A DNA stretch of 15,876 nucleotides from Caldisericota bacterium (lineage in GTDB: Bacteria > Caldisericota > Caldisericia > JAAYUI01): assembly GCA_029548865.1 (NCBI GenBank), contig JAKPMO010000017.1, positions 1-15,876 on the forward strand, written 5' to 3'. This document shows, piece after piece, positions 9,574 through 15,876 of this stretch. The notes under the pieces were generated by a model, which was not told where the DNA came from, made no database searches, and worked only from the letters and a program-made list of their open reading frames with translations. The translations under genes and the position numbers were made by a program. Every line of letters begins with the position of its first letter. Position 1 is the stretch's first letter.

Positions 9574-10145
9574 CAGAGGTAAACAAAAAGATCCATGAGA
9601 AACCTGCTTTTGTGGAATCGCTGGAAGACCTTGTGAAAAAAGGCGACAGGGCAGGGCTTGCTACATTAAGAAAAGGCCTTGGAAAAGAGCCAGGTACAGT
9701 CACAGAAATGTACAAATATGTTTATTCCAGAATACCAGGGCAGACAAACCTTTTTAATGAGAAGATTTATTTTTTGACGGCTTCCCTGTTTGCTCTCTGG
9801 CATCAGGGTAAACAGAAACTGGAAAAAGATTTTGAAGGGGATTTTGGGAAAACTTTTAGGCAAATAAGCAAAAACTCTGAATCTGAATCAATAAAAGAAC
9901 GTTTTACTGCAATCATCAATTCACATTTTGACGATTTGCCAAATCACTTGCGGCACGCTGTGTCATTGGCAAAATCAAAAGATGTTCCAATTAATTGGAG
10001 TTTTCTTCTCGAAGACCTGAAATGGTGGAACAACGATGACAAGCGTGTTCAAAGGAAATGGATGAAATCTTTCTTGCAGGAAGAAAAAAAGGAACTTCCA
10101 CAGGCAGAAGGAACACAGAAAGAGGAGGAACAAAATGAAGATTGA
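9570..10145 (+). CDS. cse2: Type I-E Cascade small subunit Cas11 (Cse2/CasB)
   Basis: 191 aa. DRAGLATLRKGLGKEPG, LTASLFALWH, HLRHAVSL, INWSFLLEDLKWW, VQRKWMKSF. ATGA overlap with the cas8e stop and a GGAGG SD. Confidence 0.93.
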   Translation: MTEVNKKIHEKPAFVESLEDLVKKGDRAGLATLRKGLGKEPGTVTEMYKYVYSRIPGQTNLFNEKIYFLTASLFALWHQGKQKLEKDFEGDFGKTFRQISKNSESESIKERFTAIINSHFDDLPNHLRHAVSLAKSKDVPINWSFLLEDLKWWNNDDKRVQRKWMKSFLQEEKKELPQAEGTQKEEEQNED

Positions 10146-11274
10146 GCTTCACATATTGCAGAATTTCGCGCCATCAAACCTGAACCGTGACGACACCAAT
10201 GCCCCAAAGGATTGCGAGTTTGGTGGAGTCAGGCGTGCAAGGATTTCCAGCCAGTGCCTTAAAAGGGCAATCAGGACAAATGAGATTTTTTCGAATACCC
10301 TGAAATCTAGTGATTCGGAACAGGATGTATCTGTTGGAAAGAGGACCCGCCTCCTGAAGGATCAGATCATTGCAATACTTGGCTTGCAGGAAAACCTAAA
10401 AGATGTCCAAAAAACCTCTGACAAAGAAAAAACGGCCAAAACCGAAAACTCAAAAAAACTTGATGATTTTATCAAGGCTGCAGTCAAAACAGCTATTGAT
10501 GACAGCGATGCGACAAAGATGCTTATTCACTATGATGATGCCGAAATAAAGATGCTTGCAAACCTCTTCTCAAAAGTTCTTTCCGGTGAAAAGAAACCGG
10601 AGGAAGCAGCAAAAGAGTTCAAACCCAAATCAAAGGCCTCCGATATAGCCCTCTTTGGCAGGATGGTTGCGGAAAATACAGATTTTAATGTTGATGCGGC
10701 CTGCCAGGTTGCCCATGCGATTTCCACCAACAAGGTCAGCATGGAGATGGACTATTTCACTGCCATCGATGATCTCAAGAAAGACTTTGCCTCTGAAGAT
10801 GCCGGTGCGGGCATGATAGGTACTGTTGAATTCAATTCAGCATGCTTTTACCGTTACTCAGTAATCGATACTAATCAGCTCAGGGCAAATCTTGACGGGG
10901 ACAACGAGCTTTCCAAAAAAACTGTCCGTGCATTCATTGAATCTTCAATTGCTGCAATCCCGACTGGCAAACAAAACAGCATGGCAGCACAAAATCCTCC
11001 CAGTTTTGTGATGGCCGTCGTGAAAGACTCCTGCGCTCCGTGGTCTCTTGCAAATGCGTTTGAAAAACCGGTTGGCCCCGGCCAGAATGGTCTTGTTGTT
11101 TCATCAATCGAACGCTTTGATGACTACTGGGGAAGGCTTGTGTCTGTCTACTCGGATGATGGTGTCAAAACAGCCGCCCTTTTCACAACTGAAAATGTTG
11201 ATCTCAAAAATCTTGTTTCCTCCAAGGTTTCGGGGAAAAAGGAATTGGTTGAAAAAATAATTGGAGCCATTTAG
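10135..11274 (+). CDS. cas7: Type I-E Cascade backbone Cas7 (Cse4/CasC)
   Basis: 379 aa. IELHILQNFAPSNLNRDDTNAPK, RARISSQCLKRAIR, DIALFGRM, AACQVAHAIST, DYFTAIDD, GAGMIGTVEFNSACFYRY, PTGKQNSMA. Confidence 0.97.
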   Translation: MKIELHILQNFAPSNLNRDDTNAPKDCEFGGVRRARISSQCLKRAIRTNEIFSNTLKSSDSEQDVSVGKRTRLLKDQIIAILGLQENLKDVQKTSDKEKTAKTENSKKLDDFIKAAVKTAIDDSDATKMLIHYDDAEIKMLANLFSKVLSGEKKPEEAAKEFKPKSKASDIALFGRMVAENTDFNVDAACQVAHAISTNKVSMEMDYFTAIDDLKKDFASEDAGAGMIGTVEFNSACFYRYSVIDTNQLRANLDGDNELSKKTVRAFIESSIAAIPTGKQNSMAAQNPPSFVMAVVKDSCAPWSLANAFEKPVGPGQNGLVVSSIERFDDYWGRLVSVYSDDGVKTAALFTTENVDLKNLVSSKVSGKKELVEKIIGAI

Positions 11275-11276
11275 TA

Positions 11277-12062
11277 ATGGATTCCTCAAACAAGTTCGCC
11301 CTGATTTTAAGGCTTGCTGGCCCAATGCAGGCCTGGGGCATACAAAGCCGGTTCGAATACAGGGACACCGGGGCCGAGCCTTCCAGATCGGGTGTAATAG
11401 GTCTGCTTGGCTGCTCTCTTGGAGTTGGCAGGGAGGACAAAGAGTTCCTTTCCAGATGCATGAGGCTGGAGATGGGTATACTTGTCCTCAAAGAAGGCGC
11501 TGTTTTGTGGGATTACCAGGTTTCTGGCGGTGGCAAATGGAAGGGCAGGGAATATGGTGTCGCTACTGCAAATGGGAAATCAACGACAGTTGTTTCAAAC
11601 CGGCATTACCTTTCAGATGCTGATTTCCTGGTTGGATTGATAGGAGAGCCAGGTTTTATCGAGGAATTGTCTGCCGGAGTCAAATCGCCTGTATGGCCAA
11701 TCTTTCTTGGAAGAAAGGCTTTTGTGCCGTCTCATCCAGTTTTTGTTGCCACCCTTCAGCTCCATGACATAAAAGAAGCTCTTGCAGAGGGCCTTTTAAG
11801 GTTGGCCACAAAAGAAGGCTGGCTGAAGGATAGCAACTCTGGAAACTCATCAAATCCTGTCCTTTCAAACCATCCTTGGCTTGCTGGTTCCAAACAAGAA
11901 CCTCCTCTTTTGAGAATGCAAATTGAATGCGATCAGGACGCTGGAACCGAAAAAAATGATGTCCCGCTGAGTTTCAGCAAGCTCGACAGAAAATATATGA
12001 AGCGTTATGTTTCCAACACATATATTGATCCAGCGGCCATTCTTGGCAAAGGAAAGGCATAA
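11277..12062 (+). CDS. cas5: Type I-E Cascade subunit Cas5 (CasD)
   Basis: 261 aa. LRLAGPMQAWG, RDT..PSRSGVIGLLGCSLG, RHYLSDADFLVGL, PVWPIFLGRKAFVPS, DVPLSF. Confidence 0.95.
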   Translation: MDSSNKFALILRLAGPMQAWGIQSRFEYRDTGAEPSRSGVIGLLGCSLGVGREDKEFLSRCMRLEMGILVLKEGAVLWDYQVSGGGKWKGREYGVATANGKSTTVVSNRHYLSDADFLVGLIGEPGFIEELSAGVKSPVWPIFLGRKAFVPSHPVFVATLQLHDIKEALAEGLLRLATKEGWLKDSNSGNSSNPVLSNHPWLAGSKQEPPLLRMQIECDQDAGTEKNDVPLSFSKLDRKYMKRYVSNTYIDPAAILGKGKA

Positions 12063-12067
12063 AAAAT

Positions 12068-12724
12068 ATGGACGAGATTTATTTCTCAAAAATCAGGCCG
12101 GATTTTCGCAATCACGATGCACGAAATGCAATGTCTGATACTGAAAAACTGCATAAATTGCTTATGTCCGCTTTCCCAGATTTTGGAGGGAACGGCAGGG
12201 AGAAAACAAACCTTCTTTTCCGGGTGGAAACAGACGGGTACATAATTGCTTCATCAACTGTAAAACCAGACTGGTCTTTTTTAGGTCCCGGATTTATGGT
12301 TGAGAGTACAAATGTGCTTGATCTTTCCACAACCCAATTTGCTGGTGCCGATTTTGCCTTTCGTCTTGTTGCGAATCCAACATACAAAAAATCTGGATCA
12401 AAAAATGTTGTCCCTCTTCGCGAGTATTACACGCAGAATTTTCTGGATAAGTACAAAATGGCAAAAAATCCGCCAACTGTCTTTGAATGGATGGAGCGAA
12501 AAGCAAATAATTCTGGTTTTCAAATCCGCCAGCTTTCTGCAGTTGGATTGAATTATCGTCCTGATGGTTCATCAAGACGTTCCATAAACTTCAAGATGTA
12601 CCTCTTTGAGGGGCAATTGCGGGTTGTTGATGTCCCCCTTTTTGCCCGAACCTTGAAAACTGGAATAGGCAGAGAAAAAGCTTTTGGTTGTGGCCTTCTT
12701 TCAATAGCGCCCATAAAAGGTTAG
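12068..12724 (+). CDS. cas6e: Type I-E crRNA-processing endoribonuclease Cas6e (Cse3/CasE)
   Basis: 218 aa. LHKLLMSAFPD, LLFRVE, FRLVANPT, FEGQLRV, and the C-terminal glycine-rich loop GIGREKAFGCGLLSIAP. Confidence 0.95.
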   Translation: MDEIYFSKIRPDFRNHDARNAMSDTEKLHKLLMSAFPDFGGNGREKTNLLFRVETDGYIIASSTVKPDWSFLGPGFMVESTNVLDLSTTQFAGADFAFRLVANPTYKKSGSKNVVPLREYYTQNFLDKYKMAKNPPTVFEWMERKANNSGFQIRQLSAVGLNYRPDGSSRRSINFKMYLFEGQLRVVDVPLFARTLKTGIGREKAFGCGLLSIAPIKG

Positions 12725-12728
12725 AAAA

Positions 12729-13658
12729 ATAAAAGATCTTCATGAGCTGAGCAGGTTTGAGGATTGCCTCGCACATGTCTATGTCGAGCACTGCGTTGTC
12801 GAGCAGGACGCAAAGTCGATTGCCATATTTGATTTGAATGGCAAAACGCCAATTCCTGTTGCCAACCTTTCTGTCCTCTTCCTTGGTCCGGGCACAAAGA
12901 TAAGTCATCAGGCCATAAAAAATCTGGCTGACTCAGGATGTATTGTTTTCTGGACTGGGGAAGAGGGCGTAAGGTTCTATGCTTGCGGTGTTGGCAAGGG
13001 CAGGTCTTCACGCAATCTCCTTCTTCAGGCGAAGCTTGTTTCAAATCCGGAAGCAAGACTCAAGGTTGTCCGAAAAATGTATGAAAAGCGTTTTGAAGAA
13101 CTGCTTGACCCTTCCCTGACGCTTCGGCAGATAAGGGGTAAAGAGGGTGCCAGAATGAGGGATACATACGCCATGCAAAGCGCTGCAACCGGTGTTCCCT
13201 GGTCTGGCCGGGAATATGACCCAAAAAAATTTGATTTTTCAAACCCGATCAATCGTGCCCTGACCTCAGCAAATGCGTGCCTTTATGGAATTTGCCATGC
13301 CGCAATCGTTTCTGCTGGTTACTCGCCTGGTCTTGGTTTCATCCACACCGGCCTCCAGCTGTCTTTTGTGTATGATGTGGCAGACTTATACAAAACTGAA
13401 ACGGCAATTCCCATTTCTTTCAAGGTTATCTCCGAGGGAGACTATGAGGTTGAGAGGCGTGTCAGGATTGCAATGCGCGATTCCTTCAAGGCGACAAAAC
13501 TGATGGGTCGCATTATTGCAGACATGAAAGAATGTCTTACTGTTCCGGATTACATTTCCGAAATACCTGAAACTTTTGATCTTGACCCCCAAAACTTTAT
13601 TTGGGACCCGGAAGAGGGTGTTCTTTCTGGTGGAATAAACTACAACTCGGACTTGTAA
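12729..13658 (+). CDS. cas1: Type I-E CRISPR integrase Cas1 (proposed non-canonical ATA start; ORF track starts it at TTG 12834)
   Basis: LFLGPGTKISHQA, RGKEGARMR, NRALTSANACLYG, GYSPGLGFIHTG, SFVYDVADLYK and WD...GGINY. The 35 in-frame codons upstream of 12834 read IKDLHELSRFEDCLAHVYVEHCVVEQDAKSIAIFD, resembling the usual I-E Cas1 N-terminus. An in-frame TAA at 12714-12716 bounds the frame. The gene identity is secure; the start position is less so. Confidence 0.93.
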   Translation: MKDLHELSRFEDCLAHVYVEHCVVEQDAKSIAIFDLNGKTPIPVANLSVLFLGPGTKISHQAIKNLADSGCIVFWTGEEGVRFYACGVGKGRSSRNLLLQAKLVSNPEARLKVVRKMYEKRFEELLDPSLTLRQIRGKEGARMRDTYAMQSAATGVPWSGREYDPKKFDFSNPINRALTSANACLYGICHAAIVSAGYSPGLGFIHTGLQLSFVYDVADLYKTETAIPISFKVISEGDYEVERRVRIAMRDSFKATKLMGRIIADMKECLTVPDYISEIPETFDLDPQNFIWDPEEGVLSGGINYNSDL

Positions 13659-13691
13659 ACCATCATTTTCCATTGTTCTAGGGAGGTTTTG

Positions 13692-14201
13692 ATGAAAAAA
13701 ATGACAACACTAATAATGCTGGTCTTGGTTATGGCCATGGTCGGTGCCGTTCAATTCCAGAGGGTCACAATGCGACCTCATGAAACAAAGTTTTGGTGCG
13801 ATGAGAATACAGTCATCAATATAAACTGGACTGTAGACGCACCATCGGATACTGTTGAGGAGGGCCTATTTCTGATTGTATATTCAGAAGATGAGGGCCT
13901 TCAATATGCAGATTACTTTGACCTGCTAGAAATGAGTGAGTTTGTTGATGATAAAGGTCAGGGTACATTCGCAGTTGGTGGTTTGCAGAAAGCTAGATAT
14001 ACAGTCATGATTATGGACTATATGTTGCCAGAACATCGCTTTAATGCTGATATTACTGTAGTCCCAGAAACAGGGGAAGAGGAAGGACACATTATAAAGC
14101 TTGATGAAATCAGACATGCTAGCCATCAGCAATACATTTTGAAGATGAAAACCATTTTAAAAACAGAAAAAACAGGAATGATTCCAAAGGCCAGTCGATA
14201 A
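13692..14201 (+). CDS. Hypothetical exported or membrane-anchored protein (~169 aa) between cas1 and cas2
   Basis: Strong SD GGGAGG (13681-13686) 5 nt before ATG 13692 (ORF track uses TTG 13689). The N-terminus MKKMTTLIMLVLVMAMVGA has a basic n-region and a hydrophobic h-region. The mature part is acidic with beta-strand-like segments. Its TAA is immediately followed by the cas2 ATG. Confidence 0.75.
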   Translation: MKKMTTLIMLVLVMAMVGAVQFQRVTMRPHETKFWCDENTVININWTVDAPSDTVEEGLFLIVYSEDEGLQYADYFDLLEMSEFVDDKGQGTFAVGGLQKARYTVMIMDYMLPEHRFNADITVVPETGEEEGHIIKLDEIRHASHQQYILKMKTILKTEKTGMIPKASR

Positions 14202-14555
14202 ATGGTTGTAATGGTCCTTGAAAAAGTCCCTGCATCGCTCAGGGGAGATTTGACCAGATGGCTGCTGGAACTCAAAACAGGGGTTTTTGTGGGCAATATA
14301 TCTGCTCTTGTCAGGGAAAAACTCTGGGAAAAAGCTTGTGGAGGCTGCAAGGGTGGAGCTGCAATGATGCTTTTTTCCGCATCCACCGAACAAGGTTTTG
14401 ATATCCGTTTTTGGGGAAAAACCAGCAGGCTGGTTCAGGATTTTGAAGGTGTAAAGCTCATCACGATACCAGAAAAAACACAAACAAAAAGCGCCATTTC
14501 TGAGGTGCCAGGTGATGAGCATAACACTGGTGAAGCTGACCTCGAAGAAATATAG
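14202..14555 (+). CDS. cas2: Type I-E Cas2
   Basis: 117 aa. MVVMVLEKVPASLRGDLTRWLLELKTGVFVGNISALVREKLW, EQGF and DFEGVKLI are hallmark I-E Cas2 motifs, followed by a 27-aa acidic tail. Confidence 0.96.
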   Translation: MVVMVLEKVPASLRGDLTRWLLELKTGVFVGNISALVREKLWEKACGGCKGGAAMMLFSASTEQGFDIRFWGKTSRLVQDFEGVKLITIPEKTQTKSAISEVPGDEHNTGEADLEEI

Positions 14556-14666
14556 GTTTTTCCAATTGTTTATTTGTTTATGAAACAAATATAGGCCAGG
14601 ACAGGTTTTATTACTTAAACAAGATTTTCTTTATTTCAGGGTAGGCTGCATATCATTTTCTTTAGT
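14556..14666 (+). promoter_or_regulatory. CRISPR leader
   Basis: AT-rich non-coding 111 bp between the cas2 stop and the first repeat, ending in TTTAGT. Confidence 0.8.
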
Positions 14667-15876
14667 CTCTTCCCCACACACGTGGGGGTGTCCCTATAAT
14701 GAATCCTTATTATGTTTGTTATATTTGCTCTTCCCCACACACGTGGGGGTGTCCCTGGTGTTGCAGGAGTATTAATAGAGTACGTTAACTCTTCCCCACA
14801 CACGTGGGGGTGTCCCTTAAATCCATTGACGGCCAGCCGGTCAAACTCACTCTTCCCCACACACGTGGGGGTGTCCCTAAAGGGTGTCCATGAAATAGGA
14901 AAGGAGCTAACTCTTCCCCACACACGTGGGGGTGTCCCTGGTGCGGTTGCCTATCTCTTTATAAATCTGATCTCTTCCCCACACACGTGGGGGTGTCCCT
15001 TTCAGCAGTGGAGGTGACAACGACGTGGGACTCTCTTCCCCACACACGTGGGGGTGTCCCCAAATCTTTACAAGTCAGTACGCAACAGGGTTTCTCTTCC
15101 CCACACACGTGGGGGTGTCCCTGAAAATAATTGAGATGGACATCATGAAGGTAACTCTTCCCCACACACGTGGGGGTGTCCCTGCAAAAAGCCAGTTTTG
15201 ATATGCTTTGTCTGGCTCTTCCCCACACACGTGGGGGTGTCCCCAAACCACGCTTGACAATTGAAATAACCGATAACTCTTCCCCACACACGTGGGGGTG
15301 TCCCTGTCAAAAATGCAATAAATAATACAGCCGAAACCTCTTCCCCACACACGTGGGGGTGTCCCTAAGGCCTGCGTCAGAGTCGGCTGGATGGGTATCT
15401 CTTCCCCACACACGTGGGGGTGTCCCTCATAAAATTGTAGGGATAAGTGAAAAGCATTACTCTTCCCCACACACGTGGGGGTGTCCCTAAAGCCAGGGCA
15501 TAAAAAAGGCCAGAAAGAGACTCTTCCCCACACACGTGGGGGTGTCCCCCTTTCCAGGCAAGCAAATTCTCCCTCTATCCTCTCTTCCCCACACACGTGG
15601 GGGTGTCCCTCCAGACGCAAGATTGGCGTGGAAATGCAAGAACTCTTCCCCACACACGTGGGGGTGTCCCTATCTTTTGTATCAGGGATTTTTGGTTCAG
15701 GCACTCTTCCCCACACACGTGGGGGTGTCCCTTTCCCTCTCTTTGTAGTGGCGTTGGTTTTGCGCTCTTCCCCACACACGTGGGGGTGTCCCTTTCTTAC
15801 TCTCTTTTACAAGAATTGCTAGATACTCTTCCCCACACACGTGGGGGTGTCCCTCGACACCACAGTACGCGTTAGA
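14667..15876 (+). CRISPR. Type I-E CRISPR array: 20 identical repeats CTCTTCCCCACACACGTGGGGGTGTCCC (28 nt), 19 complete 33-nt spacers plus one partial; truncated by the window edge
   Basis: Repeats start at 14667, 14728, 14789 ... 15826 with a strict 61-bp period; the last repeat ends at 15853. Hairpin CCCCAC-ACAC-GTGGGG is followed by GTGTCCC plus one base, giving the 8-nt 5' handle expected from Cas6e cleavage. This and the leader position support plus-strand transcription. Confidence 0.99.

Noticed and set aside
7870..12062. HNH-fused Cascade variant (Cas8-HNH or Cas5-HNH)
   Set aside because: No HNH motif or domain-sized extension is visible, and an intact cas3 is present.
13659..14201. 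Extra gene as an IS element or intron
   Set aside because: No transposase, reverse transcriptase or homing-endonuclease motifs, terminal inverted repeats or convincing target-site duplication. Its GC (170/420 by hand over 13741-14160) is not diagnostic.
12729..14555. cas1, the extra gene and cas2 share one reading frame separated only by two TAA stops (possible readthrough polyprotein or alternative genetic code)
   Set aside because: A shared frame has a 1-in-9 chance, TAA is an efficient stop also used by cas5, the extra gene has its own SD and signal peptide, and TGA, TAG and TAA all end conserved genes here at expected positions.
5259..14588. Short antisense or out-of-frame ORFs inside cas genes (e.g. 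8057..8608, 11261..11623, 14157..14588)
   Set aside because: They overlap well-supported cas genes and show no recognisable motifs.
14882..14889. GGGTGTCC within spacer 4 matches the repeat 3' end
   Set aside because: An 8-nt match is within chance expectation, and the spacer has normal length.
14636..15875. Many ORFs on both strands over the array (e.g. 15075..15779, 234 aa)
   Set aside because: They are translations of the stop-free repeat (recurring GTPPRVWGR, DTPTCVGK, GHPHVCGE), not genes.

Overview
The window has two divergently transcribed blocks. Left (minus strand, 4567 to beyond base 1) is a large secreted Rhs/YD-repeat protein gene: signal peptide, DNRLRE-like region, DUF6531-like motif, then YD repeats. 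It is split by an apparent single-base frameshift at a G5 run (2481-2485), and its C-terminal end lies outside the window. Right (plus strand) is a complete type I-E CRISPR-Cas locus: cas3, cas8e(cse1), cas11(cse2), cas7, cas5, cas6e, cas1, an extra gene, cas2, a ~110 bp leader, and an array of 20 identical 28-nt repeats with 33-nt spacers that runs off the right edge. The most unusual points are: (1) a ~169 aa gene with a signal-peptide-like N-terminus sits between cas1 and cas2 and abuts the cas2 start; (2) the conserved Cas1 N-terminus has no ATG/GTG/TTG and appears to start at ATA; (3) the PAM-derived first spacer base is T (17/20) or C (3/20), never G; (4) a perfect TGTGACA-N6-TGTCACA palindrome lies in the promoter region shared by rhs and cas. 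All calls come from manual translation and motif recognition; no database searches were run and the host taxon cannot be determined here.
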